From Chrysomallon squamiferum (taxonomy: Eukaryota; Animalia; Mollusca): a stretch of 64,000 nt of DNA. Under the pieces are notes generated by a model. That model worked only from the letters and a program-made list of their open reading frames with translations. It had not been told where the DNA came from and did not search any database. Shown here piece by piece: positions 1 through 12,879 of this stretch. The position numbers and the translations under genes were made by a program. How positions within the stretch are numbered: the stretch's first letter is position 1; each line of letters begins with the position of its first letter. The stretch lies in assembly GCA_012295275.1 (NCBI GenBank), contig CM022677.1, positions 14,198,001 through 14,262,000 on the forward strand, read 5' to 3'.

Positions 1-426
1 AGTCTGGATAGTTAGATAAGTGGCAACCACATCTATATGGAAGAGCAGGTACATGTGTTTAATGTGCTAGAATGTGTATGAATGAGAGTGTGCTTGTGTT
101 ATAAATGGACATACAGAAAGACAGAAGTTGTAAGATAGTTATGCAAGGAGGTAGCCAGGGAGATGGACAGGTGATTCACAGATGGTTATTTTTATGGATC
201 AGAATGTGAGCAGATAGATAAAATAAAAATAGGAAAACTTATATATATGGTAACATAGAAATAGGTGATGTATATAGGTGTGTAAGTTGAGTATATGTTT
301 TGTTACAGAGATAATGGGTATGTTGTGTGTATGTGAAGGGAAATTTGTTTGTGTCTGTGTGCCTGTGTGTGAAGGAAAATGTGCTTGTGAGTTTTTTGAA
401 GAGTGGCTGTGAATTTAATGTATATA

Positions 427-1707
427 TGTTACAGTCAATCTGTCAAACTAGTGATTTGCCCTAATGGTTGAAATGTTTAGGGTTTTGTCCTAATGAGTAA
501 AACTTATAGGAATTAGTCCAAATGACTGAAATAGACCTTTAGTCATTAGGCAAAATCACTGAATGAAAAAGAATGATTTCCAATTCCATGAAAACATCTA
601 TTTTGAAACAAATCACAAGTTGTGTTCTATTTATGACAGCAGTTCAAACTTGAGTAACATCTTGAATTGTTCTTGAACCATTTTGTTTGACAGCTTTTTT
701 TCACTTCACAATTGCATTTCATAAACTCTGGTCCTCCTGCAGTGGACTCTGTTGACAGCCCTGCTCTAAGAGACATCATGAGACAATAGCAGTCTCTGGG
801 GACACACATCAAACTGGATCCTGGCACTGGGCGGCAGCTGGTCAGGTTCCGAGTTGGGTGGTAACTGGGTAGCTTGGTTTTGGGTGGTAACTGGGTAGCT
901 TGGTTTTGGGTGGTAACTGGTCAAGATTGGAGTTCAGTGGCAACTGGTCAGTCAAGGCAGCTGCTAAAGTGGATGGTTGCTTGGTGTAGCTCGAGTTCTT
1001 CCTGAATTGAAAAAACTTGATGCCTACACCCAGTTCCTTGTGGTCTTTGATGTAATAATAACAGTACCTCTAATCCCTACCATATAACTGGTCTTTGATG
1101 TAAAAATAACTCAACCACTAATCCCTACATTGAACTGATGTAAGAAAGCATTTGACTGTCGGTATTAAAATCATTGGTCTTTGATGTAAGTATAACACAA
1201 TAAAGCAACATATGCTCTGAAGAAGACTGTAAATAAGACTGGGAGATATAGGAATATTTAGAGAACAGAAAGAATATGTACAACAGTGGTGAAAATGAAG
1301 AGGTGATTGAAAATAACATAATTTGGGAAAATATTTATTTAAAGCATTTCAGTGTAGAAAAGATTTGATTTGTTAGACATAATTTATATTCTCCAAAGGT
1401 TTTGTTTTCTTTTTTTATCACTATTTGTAAATCTTTTTTTTTCTTTTTTTTTTGTTCTTCTTATTATTGACATTGTATATCAATAAGCTGTAAAGCTTAG
1501 AATAATAAAGAATTGAATTGAACCACTAATGATGTTGCAAAGCATTAAACCTGCTTGACTGATTGTCTAAATTACTATCAGGCAGAATGTCAAACAACAC
1601 CATGGAAAATCCAGTCATTTGGCCTAATTCCTGGACATTTTACTCATTAGGCCTAATTTCTGATGGTTTTGTGTGTTAGGCTAAATGACTAGTTTGATAT
1701 ATTGTAA
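427..1707 (-). mobile_element. Internally deleted Ginger/KRBA2-like DNA transposon remnant
   Basis: Degenerate inverted ends: tgtcaaactagtgatttgccctaa at 441, and the reverse complement of ttaggctaaatgactagtttgata near 1676-1699. The minus-strand peptide GGPEFMKCNCEVKKSCQTK...NSRCYSSLNCCHK* resembles the Cys-rich C-terminus of Ginger/KRBA2-type integrases. Confidence 0.55.
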
Positions 1708-2459
1708 TATCTATGCATGTGTAAGAATGTTTTATTCTATATGTTTCAGTTCTAGACATATATTTAAATGTGTTTATAGATAGAAAGACATACAGAAAAA
1801 TATATATGTAAGGTAGTTATATAACTAGTGAGATGCATTGATCGTACATGGATGGTTACTGATGGTTTTATAAGACTTATTTCAAACTGATAAAGTACAC
1901 AAATAAATTTTACATGAAAGTTGCGATATCCTTTGAACATGTTACTTTTACATTTCTTTGAGAAAGATGATCAAACCAAAATGCAACATCTTGAAATGGA
2001 TATTACTGTTTTAGTGAAAACAGTTTAAATTCTAACTTTATAATGTACCAAAATATGTTTTATATGAAAATAGCTGATACCTTAATTATTTTTTTTATTT
2101 TCAGCTTTTCTGTGCATTAAAATCTACATGATGAAATTAAAGCCTAACATCATGACAACAATATTACTGTTTTTGTAAAAAGTCTAAGATTAAGAAATAC
2201 ATCAGTAGACAAGTTATAGAGAACTTTATTTCTTTATTTATTTTTGTTGTTATTGTTGTTATTTATTGTTATTATATTATTGTTAATAATATTATAATGA
2301 TAATAAAAATAATAATAATTATTATTATTATAATTTATTTGTCATAGGTTTACTTTTGTCTTCTTATTTTCAGAAATGTGCTTGATTCTGTTTTCTTCAC
2401 ATCTGCTGTTGTTGCTGTAGTTGTTTCATCACCACTTTCTGCTGCTGTTTCTGACTGAA

Positions 2460-2968
2460 CTGTGTTTTCACTGACTGTTTTACTGGTGTTTTCACTGACT
2501 GTGTTACTGTTGTTTTCACTGACTGTGTTACTGGTGTTTTCACTGACTGTGTTACAGGTGTTTTCACTGACTGTGTTACTGGTGTTTTCACTGACTGTGT
2601 TACTGGTGTTTTCACTGACTGTGTTACTGGTGTTTTCACTGACTGTGTTACAGGTGTTTTCACTGACTGTGTTACTGGTGTTTTCACTGACTGTGTTACT
2701 GGTGTTTTCACTGACTGTGTTACTGGTGTTTTCACTGACTGTTACAGGCGTTTTCACTGACTGTGTTACTGGTGTTTTCACTGACTGTGTTACTGGTGTT
2801 TTCACTGACTGTGTTACAGGTGTTTTCACTGACTGTGTTACTGGTGTTTTCACTGACTGTGTTACTGGTGTTTTCACTGACTGTTACAGGCGTTTTCACT
2901 GACTGTGTTACTGGTGTTTTCACTGACTGTGTTACTGGTGTTTTCACTGACTGTGTTACTGGTGTTTT
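2460..2968. repeat. 24-bp tandem minisatellite (ctgtgttactggtgttttcactga)n, about 21 units
   Basis: Directly visible. Two shortened 22-bp units lie near 2740 and 2881. The minus strand reads as TVSENTSN or VKTPVTQS repeats. Confidence 0.95.
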
Positions 2969-5900
2969 CTACTTCCATCACCGGAACATGCTTTGCCTCA
3001 TCATCTTTTTACCTACAAACAAGTGATATTTTTATATACCTCTTGTCTCTTTATAGCACTGTGTGTCATTTTGTTTCTACATAATTATCTTTGTATGATG
3101 TGTAAGAGTGAGTTTTTATGGTGCATGTTATATGCATGTATGTAATTGTATGTATGGTTCTGTGTATGTTTGTATTTATATGTGTGTGAGTTGTATGTGT
3201 CTTGTATTAAGTTTGTATGTTTGTGTGTGTGAATGTGGCTGTATTTGTATGGTGAGTGTGTGTCTATATATGTGCAAGTCTGAGTTTCTGTGTGTATGTG
3301 TTTCTGCGTGTATGTGTTTCTGCATGACTGTGTTTATATGGATTTTTTTATATGTATGCATATGTGTTCATGTGTATGTACATATGTGTATATATTAGTT
3401 TATGATGAATTGTGAGTTTTTTTAATTATGTATGTTTATGGAATATGTTTATTTTTCTATTTTAATGTGAGTGTTTGATTTTAAATTAGTAACTAATTAT
3501 ATAAAAAAAAAAAAAAAAAATTAAATAATTAAATATAAACATGTATTTTATTCAATTTCTATTGCTATTTAATTTCAGCAGGTTAAAAAACCTAGATAAA
3601 GCACACATAGTAGATACTGTGTTTATTTTCAGATTTGTTTTTGTTTTTAGTGTTTAGATAATGTTTTCTGAACCAACAATTTATTTGGCATTGATTACAT
3701 CCAAACTTACACACACACACACACACCGTAATACAAACAAAAGTATTCATACACACATACTTGGATATAAGTACAAATAATCCATACTTATTCATACATA
3801 CATTAATACAGACACATATATCTACACATACAGACATACAAACATACATACATACTTAAACATACAATACAAACACACACAGACACATATACATGCAAAT
3901 ATGCAGAAATACATACCTAGTCATGCACACATAATAAGCACACAGATACATGCATACAGACTTACACAAATATATGCACACTCATGCACACATTGAAACA
4001 TAGATAGACACTTATCATTGGCCCACAATGAAGACATTTTTATTTATTTATTTAATTACATTATTTCTTAATTATTTTTATATTTTTCTAAAAAAAATGT
4101 TTTAAAGTATATAATCTGCAAAATACCAGATTTTTACAAACCTGAATGTGGAAACCAGTTATTTATCAAGTGTGTGTGAACAGATAATTATAATAAAAAT
4201 GAGAGTTAGTAGATGATAATTACAATAATAGTAAATAGCCTGTAGATGATAATTACAATAATAGTAAGTAGCCTGCAGATAATAATTATGATAATAGTGA
4301 GCACAGCTCTATCAATCCTTTTCATTTTTCTCTCACATAATTTCCTGTTCTAACCACACCTAAACTGTGATATGTTAAACACAAAAGATAGGAAAAACAA
4401 CAAATTTTTTATTTTATTTACAAGAGATTAGAAATGTGTGGTTTTGGGGTGGATTTTTAAAGCCATACTATGAACATTATTTTTTCAAAATATTTACAAA
4501 TAAAAAATATTTTTGTTAAACACTCTATGTGTATTGTAAATGAGAAGAAAAAAAAAAGAAAAAAGAAAAAGAAAACAGAAAAAACAACTATAAATAAATA
4601 CATTTTTAAAAATATAAAAATAAATGAATAATCTTTTTCTGTAACATATGGATCACAAATATACCATGAGCCAATGTATGTTTGTATGAGTGTTTGTTTG
4701 TGTGTTTGTGTGTATTTGTTTGATGCATGTGTGTATGTATGTATATCCACACACACATACAAATAATGAAAAAATATGTTTAGTAATGGCTTTTTATTCA
4801 GTTTAAACTAAAAAGTGGTTCAGAATGTATGTGACGTTAAGAAAAAAAAAAAATAAAAAAAATGTTAATTAACTAAAGAAATAAAGCAAGAAATAAAATA
4901 ATAAATAAATAAATAAACAATATTGCATTTATAAATAGATAATGTTTTCATGTTAAGGTACAATGAAATTAATGTACCTGAGAAGAGTGAGTTTAGAAAT
5001 AAAACCGTAGCCAACAGAAAAAAAGTAAAAAGAAATATAACACAATTAGTAATTTTACAGAGAGTAAATTCAGTAGTCTATTGTAGAAGAACCTAAGGAA
5101 AGGAGACTGACAGACAGATCAAAGTTTTGTTCTAATACAATAAATCTGTGAGAATATTGCACAACTCTTTGTTCTTTCTGAGAAGCTTGTAGTAGCGTTT
5201 TGGCGGCTTTCGAAGTGCGTATAGCTCAGCTCGCAAATCTTCGTTGCTTCGCCAGAACAAATCAAATTCTTTAAACGGATTAAACTTTGGATGTTCCATG
5301 CATTCGGCAATATTCAGATGGTATTCTCCTACACAGCATTCCCAGAGTATTAGAAGTTTCTCCACCTCGCTAGTGAATGCGTCCGATACCAGAATAATTA
5401 ATTATTAAACATAGTTTCTCTTGCTTTATTTATTTATTTATTTATTTATATACTTACGTATTTACTTTCTTACTTATTTAAAAAATACACTAAATTCGTC
5501 TCGAATTAAAGCAATAACCAAATTTATTTACGTCAGTTTATACGATTCCTCTCAGTGTAAACGAATAATATATTATTAGAATCATAAAAAAGTAAAAATT
5601 AATTAAAAAATTAAAAAATTGAAGAAAAATTAAAACAAAATAATAATAAATAAATAAAATTTAAAAAAATTAACTCGTCAAAAATAATTATCAGTTTTTA
5701 ATGTGATGAGTATTTTAGGTTTTCACATGAAATTCAGAGAGGAATTTACTTTGTTTCTTTTCTGTCAGTAGAAACTGTTTGTAGAATAAACTGGACTCAG
5801 TGAGAAAAACACGTGTCACGGGTTACGCATATAGAGTTGTAGAACTTTAATATCGTCAAAACAGTTTATAGTGAAAACAATTTACAATTTTGTTATCATT

Positions 5901-7097
5901 GATATTGCTTTCTAATACTGCACCGCTGAATATAATAGTAGCAACTGTAAGCTTATCCTTTAATTTCATAGGAGAATCACAAAAGACATTTCATTACATT
6001 AAAGACTAACATGATCATTAAAATAATCACTTTAGATTAAAATAATATTTACTCATGGACAATACATGAATTTGGAGAAATATACAGCATACTGTTACTC
6101 AATACATTTTTGAATTATTAAACATAAACAAAATGTGTAATGTGATATTCAGTTATATCCATGTCATATTAATTACACGAGAATCTCGTTTATGGAACCG
6201 CAATGTATATTCACAAATACAAAATCGACTTCGATATTAATATTAATGAATAAATAATGTTAAGAGTTATTAGTGAAAACTGAAGTATGCACTGCGCTCA
6301 TGTTAATAGGGACTAACAGACTCAACTATAAACTATTCTGATAACGAGAATAAATGATAAAAACGTTTTCTTCTTTTTTACTTTAACACTGATGATCGTA
6401 CTTTCAACTCGAGATATTCCGTTTCTTTTATAACACAAACACTTTTTATACGAATAACTTAGAATACTGCTACTTACACTATAATCTTTTAGAAGACGCA
6501 ATTTAATTCTGACTGCACTATTTATGTTGTTTACGTAGAAAATAATATTATATTTTATTATCTACATCACAGAATATATTTATAATTAGTGATACTAAAT
6601 TTTTATATTTCAGGAGAAGCCCAGTATCTTAATTAAATTATGGAATGTCCTTCCTGATTAACGTAATAAAATAAAGGTTATCGGCATAAACTCTAATCAT
6701 CAATATAATTTTTATTTATATCAACCTAATCCAGCATCTTTTCACTTTTATTCTCGTCTGTAATCTGGTTATTTTAATAAGACAAAGGACGTTAGTCTGG
6801 AAACAGCTGAATTTTTTTAAAAAATATTACTGCTTCACCTTTTATTGTAATTTACAGCATAGTATTAGATCTGCGTAACTGTATTATCGAAGAAATCCTA
6901 AATATCTAAATATCTAAAATATCATGTAAACTACAAAACTCTTTTTTCATTACGCCGTGTAAAAATTATCACTGTAATAGTATTCTTAACAAAATATTTG
7001 TTATTATTTATAAATCTCACTGTATTCATAAAAACAGCTAGTAACAGTAAATGTAACGTAATTTGTAGAGAACTCAATAAAATACCACATTAATAAA

Positions 7098-7668
7098 AAG
7101 GGTGTCCCAAAACTAACCGAACGGCAAACTTAAATAAAATTAGATATTAAAAATAACAAATTTATTTCCGTCTTTTATGTCATTTTATGTTATCTTTGGT
7201 ACTATTCATTTATTTCTGTCAGAAGCAGTCTTTGGAATGATTTTTGTTACCTGACTGTAGTGCTCTTCGTGATCAAGACTTCTGTTTTAGCGCAGGCTAC
7301 TGGACTCACCATGGTTTCACTTGAAATGGTACCCTCACTCTTACAAATGCAGCGAAGAACTTTAGATTTAAATGAACGTATCTTCATTATTAAGAATTAC
7401 TATGCAATGACTAGCTACAAGCATGTTGATGAAAGATGGGAAGTAAACTTTAGAACACCTGTACCGAGTAAATCGACAATGTTCAATCTTGTATATCCAG
7501 ATTTGAAGTAACTGGAAGTGTGTCAAATGCTCCTAAAAAAGGTCGTACAAAAACTGATTGTATTGAAGTTCAAGGTAGACATTTTGAACATTTGTAAATA
7601 CTAAATATACAGATTAAATTTGTTGTTTTTATTTAAGTTTGCGGTTCGGTTACTTTTGGAACATCCTG
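7098..7668 (+). mobile_element. Internally deleted Tc1/mariner element (DUF4817-type HTH N-terminus)
   Basis: ~41-bp TIRs (aagggtgtcccaaaactaaccgaacggcaaacttaaataaa / tttatttaagtttgcggttcggttacttttggaacatcctg) followed by TA. Contains the N-terminal peptide ERIFIIKNYY...PSKSTMFNLV and C-terminal GRHFEHL*. The site is empty in the right arm (~63520). Confidence 0.8.
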
Positions 7669-8039
7669 TATTTGTCATTGTATATTTGCCATTTGGCGTA
7701 GAAAAACTTGTATAAATGGTGCTAAAATGAGTTGTAAGTCGTGGGATTTCTTCTTGATATATCTGTCAGTAATACATTAATTATTTCCATAATTCAGTTG
7801 CACGATTCAGTGTGAACGCAAAACGTACAATAATGACAATAACGGAGACTACAACTGTTACAAAATGTACAAGAAATTAAATATTCAAAGAGAAGTATTA
7901 CATGAGAGAACAACAAAACACAGAATAAATAAACAAATAAAGAAACAAAATAGTAAATAAATAAATAAAGAAAGAAATGATGAAAAAATGAAGAAGGAAA
8001 CAAACAAAGGTGATTTATTTTTTAAAATATTTCCGTTGA

Positions 8040-8800
8040 TTCTCGCAGTTGAAATACAAAAGTTCTCCGATGTGGTCGGATGACTCGTCTGGGCGATTTG
8101 ATTGATTTCATGGTGCCATCCTTCCAAGTGGTTATTTGTTCGGTGACCGTCATTGCCAAAGTGTTTCTACATTTCTGGAGTCCACGTCCCTTTCATCCAG
8201 GTGTTAGTGACGTAGTCTATCAGCAATGTTACCTTTTCATTCTGGGGACTGTCGGCAACTGTGTCAAAACATCCTCAGCTTTGTTCAGCGGGACCATCGG
8301 AAGGACTGAAGCACGACTTGCACGACTTTTGTACATCACTGTTCTCAATATATTCTGAAGCCAATCCTAGTTTTGCCAACGACGCCAAATACTCTGAGTT
8401 TACTGGGAACTAAAAACGACTGCGTCGTTTGGTGAGGAATACAGCGCGTGCAGCGTTGTGAGCAGATCTCTCAGTGTCATCTGACGTCCTAGGAGCGGAA
8501 TGAAATCCTACTCATGGCAGTTTTCTTGGATGTACTGGAATGGCACGGCCTCATGGTTGTTGCTGCATCTGTTCTGCCGTCTGCAAAATGTTGTCCACAG
8601 ACACGACGTAGGTTCTGAGAGTTAACAACACATTTCCAGTCTGTTCTCTACCCATTATTTTTATTTACGCGAAATGTATGCTCGTTAAAATACAGATCCC
8701 TGCTGCCTCGTATTGTGTCAATATAAATCAGTCGAACCTGTTCAGCTGCCAAGAGTTTCCCAATTCGATGCAAACCTTTATACAGGAAAAACTACAGTCT
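8040..8800 (-). pseudogene. Mutator-like (MULE) transposase remnant
   Basis: The minus strand encodes RTNNHLEGWHHEINQIAQTSHP, typical of the C-terminal region of animal MULE transposases. Interrupted by stops and frameshifts. Confidence 0.65.
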
Positions 8801-9014
8801 GCTCAGTGAAACACATATAAAAATACAAACCAGGACAATTATCTTTTAAAATAGTAGAGACCAATAAAAGCAAAATTAAAAAAAAAATAAAACAAAAAGA
8901 TGAAAAGGAAGAAATAACAATAAAAAAAGCGTATTTTCAACTGCTATCCCGAACAGTAATTTCGTTGGTAAAGAAAACACAACTCGCTCTGCCTGAACAA
9001 ATGGAAATGGACAA

Positions 9015-9102
9015 ATTTAACTTGCTAATCAGAGCGAGCTGTTGTGAGGCACGTCTACGACAGACACACTTTCTGACAGGTCAGCGGGCGTGTCTGTCGT
9101 AT
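9015..9102 (-). repeat. Short interspersed repeat, likely a LINE/SINE 3' end (copies at 35190-35295 and 62092-62180)
   Basis: Core gctgacctgtcagaaagtgtg...cacaacagct.gc.ctgattagcaagttaa occurs three times in the window. The 35 kb copy ends in a (catt)n tail. Confidence 0.7.
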
Positions 9103-9376
9103 CCTTAACAAAAAAATATTCGGGCTTTTATAAGAAAGAGAAGGAACTCGCGTTATTTGACAACGTGTCGCCAAGTCATTCTGCAAAGTACAACTCTTTA
9201 ATTATATTTATTTAAAAAATATAAACATTTGTAATTATAACATCTGAATAACAAGTGTATGTTCAAAGTCTGGTAGTAAAACTCAGTTGCCTGAAATAAA
9301 TAAAATCTTTCAATTAACAAGAAAAATTACTAAAACAGATAGTCATAGAATTTTATGGTATTTTTTTTTGAAAGGA

Positions 9377-9458
<82 letters not shown>
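9377..9458. repeat. (GT)n(GA)n compound microsatellite, mirrored at ~61729-61813
   Basis: Directly visible. Confidence 0.95.
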
Positions 9459-9464
<6 letters not shown>

Positions 9465-10682
9465 AAAGAGAAAATATATGAACAAGTGAAAGAAATACGA
9501 GTGATACGCTGAATATATAAAATGTATTGTTAGCAAAGATAATAAGACAAAAAAAAAAAAAAAAAAAAAAAAAATTACAATATCTCTTTAGAAAATAATA
9601 TTTAAGTTATTCTGTTTTTAAATTAATAATTCAATAAATCTACATTGTTTAACCAGTCAGATGGTTAAACTAATGATTCGGGGCACCTGACATCGTGTTC
9701 AAAATATTAAAATTTGAATCTTTGTTTGAATTAGGTCAATAAAATTGATTATTTGCAATAAAAAGAAAAGAAGAGAAAAGAAATCGCTCGTAACTGATCC
9801 TGCTGAGGCAAAACGTTTTGTGGAACAACATTTGAATCGTGTCCGACGTTTCAGTTTTTTTGTCTTTTTTTTTTGTTGTGGTTGTCAGTTTTGTGACGTC
9901 AATTATGCGCTGTGAAGACAGTGTTTCTGGCGTTCCTATACAAAGCATACACAGTAGCTGGAAGTTTCGTAAACAAACTGATGGAAACTCGCGATCTTAA
10001 AATCTTTTAAAATCATTTCACCTGCTGAAACTGATAATTTAATAAGGTAAGAGTTTCTTCACCATGTATGTGATACTGGATCCTTGTCTCCCTCTTCCTG
10101 GTGTATCTGCTATTTTCATAAAGGTTTTGAGAATCTATTGCAAAAAGAACGTCCGAATATTTTGAGCTACAGTATATATCAGTAGATTGTCTAATGAGAT
10201 CTATCTGCTACAATAGATGTTGATCATATAATTTGTTTATAATGATGTGTGTATTAAACACTAAATTCTTGGTTTTGTTAATAAACTATATTTATATATA
10301 AATATTTTAAATTATACTGAAAATAATATATAAAAGTGTCTGATTTTGTGCCCATACTAGGTTTTTTTTTTACTAATCTTTGTTTTCCTTATATCAAAAT
10401 ATTACTCTCTCTCTCTTTCATATACATTTACCTAATAATATAAATACAGCAGAATCATTGATTATTCAAGTTCAACAGTATACAAACCTCTGAATTACTA
10501 ATTATTCTGTTTGATGCTGATCATTCTGTTTAGTTCCTTAAATCAAACATTATTTCATTTACCTAGTATTTCCTACAGGACTTTATTTAATTTAATTCAT
10601 AACCGTGGAGTCACTATTTCCATGACAGACATTTTTTTATTTTTTTTATCTATTAATCCTGGACGCTTTAAGAGTATATTTT

Positions 10683-10727
<45 letters not shown>

Positions 10728-12082
10728 AACAACATTCCATTATTCTGATAGTCTGATTATAATAATACATCAGTTTAATCTATGATATAAACTGCAGGAC
10801 TATCTGCAAGAAACAATAAAAAAAAATCTTGCTCTGTTTTATTTCTCTTGTTTTTTTTTTTTGTTGTTTTTTATAATTGCCTTTATTTATTTATTTATTT
10901 ATTTTTTAATTATTATTATTATTTTTTGTTTTTGCGCCAATATTTGTAACCAGAGTATTTAAAAAAAATTTTTTTAAAGATATTATCTTGTTTTTTATGT
11001 TCACTAGCTTTGTCTATATATTTTGCTTGAGAAATATTTATTAGTTTAGCAGGGTATAGTAATTGTATACTTTTTACTATTGATCACATGAAACTGGGTA
11101 CAGAGGACACTTGTCTAAACCAGACGTATGTATATGTAAAAACAAAACAAATATATAATATAATATATCGAGTTACCGAAAATAGCACAATGTACCAAAA
11201 CCAAGTTTTATTTAGTACTGGAAAAAGTTTTTTTTTTTTTTTTTTTATTTTTTTTTACTTAATAAATATTTTGCATAAATTCTCTATCAAGATTATATAT
11301 ATTTATATATGTAACAATGATTTAGAAAAATCATTATAATCCTCCATAATGTATAAGAATTGTTGTATAATTGTTTAATAATAAAAAATTATAATTATTT
11401 GAAAGAGATTATAATTTTAGTTTAGATTATAGTTAATTGTTCTGTATGTTTAATATGCTTTTTCTTTCAGTTTACTATTGTTCTTTTTAAAATTTTATTT
11501 ATATACATAATGTAGCATGTATATAAAATATAAATTTATATTTATAGACAGAAAATATGCCAGAGGTTTATAAACTTTTATTTTATTTTGTTTAGTTATA
11601 TGATAATGTGTGACACATATATATTTTTTTTCTTAAAATAAGCCTTATTTTTGATATTTTTATGTTATAAAGAAATAAAATTAACTTCTTCATAGATTAT
11701 TTTTTACTCAGAAAATAATAAAAAGAGAAAAATAATTAAACTTCCACTTACAGAAAAGAGATCCTGTTTATAATTTGAATTGCAAACCATCCAGAAATAA
11801 TTTTTTATTTCCTTTCTTACGATTAGTTTATAATTTATATTTTTATTCTTTCAGGTACATTTTGATTCACTTTGTAATTAACAGTGAATTCAGACATGTA
11901 AAATTTTAAATTGTTATAAAGAAAAAGCAAAATCAGTAGTAGATATTGGCAAATTGTGGAATTAAGGAGAAGAAAAAAAATGTACTTTTGATAGCTTGTT
12001 TACCTTCTTAAGTAAATATTGTTAAAATTGATACAAATTAAGCATTTGGTACAAATGGGGCATGATTTGAGAGAAAATGAAG

Positions 12083-12129
<47 letters not shown>

Positions 12130-12554
12130 TGAATGTACACGTATGAGTTAGTCTGTGTTTGCATATTGTGTATATGTATCATGTGTGAAGATAAGTTATT
12201 GCTGGTGTGTCTGTCTGTGAATGAGTATACGTGCATGACTGTGTATATGTGACATGTTTTAAAACATGGGATTGTGTATTTTATATGTCTGTCTATGTGA
12301 ATGAGCCCGTGTATACGTGACAAGTTTAAAACATGACGTGTGTGTGTGTATATGTGTTTATGTTTGCATATTACACATGCATGTGGGATTGTGTATTTTA
12401 TGACTAATATGTATGTATATGTCTGTCTATGGGGGAGTATGTGTTTAAAACATGATGTGTATTTTTGTTCATGCGCCCGTGTTTGTATATTTATGTATAT
12501 AATCTGTCGGTGAGACTGTTTATGTTTGTAGCCTATCCAGTATATATGTGTGTG

Positions 12555-12604
<50 letters not shown>

Positions 12605-12778
12605 TGTCTGTAATATTATGTATGTATGTATATATTATTATGCTAAAGAATTTAATTATAAAATTTAGTTTATAAAACAAAATATAACCAAGGTTAACAG
12701 CTGACATTAAATTACGATCTTTCAGACAAGTTCTTTGAACGACTGAGTCATAACGCTGACTGGAGACCGATTAGTACA

Positions 12779-12799
12779 GTGACGTCACACGTGTATAAA
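12779..12799 (+). promoter_or_regulatory. Putative promoter: CRE palindrome TGACGTCA, E-box CACGTG, TATAAA
   Basis: gtgacgtcacacgtgtataaa lies ~80 nt upstream of the ATG at 12880. The CRE and TATA are retained in the second copy (58366-58386). Confidence 0.5.
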
Positions 12800-12879
12800 C
12801 CAGCTGAGCTGCAGCAGCCGGGCCCTGTTGTGTCTTCTTATCTAGAATCATACGTAACTATTTTTCAAACTTTGGAAAA

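Noticed and set aside
2460-2968. Regular 24-bp repeat as a CRISPR array
   Set aside because: The units are contiguous with no unique spacers, there are no cas genes, and the context is eukaryotic.
5119-5390. Exon-like stretches here and at ~4140-4345 and ~21000-21412 (minus strand)
   Set aside because: They look coding-like but contain stops and no recognisable domain, so no gene model can be supported.
12000-12707. 235-aa His/Thr-rich ORF and similar ORFs (3108-3398, 35624-36019, 38291-38645)
   Set aside because: These are translations of (CA)n, (TAT)n and other low-complexity tracts.
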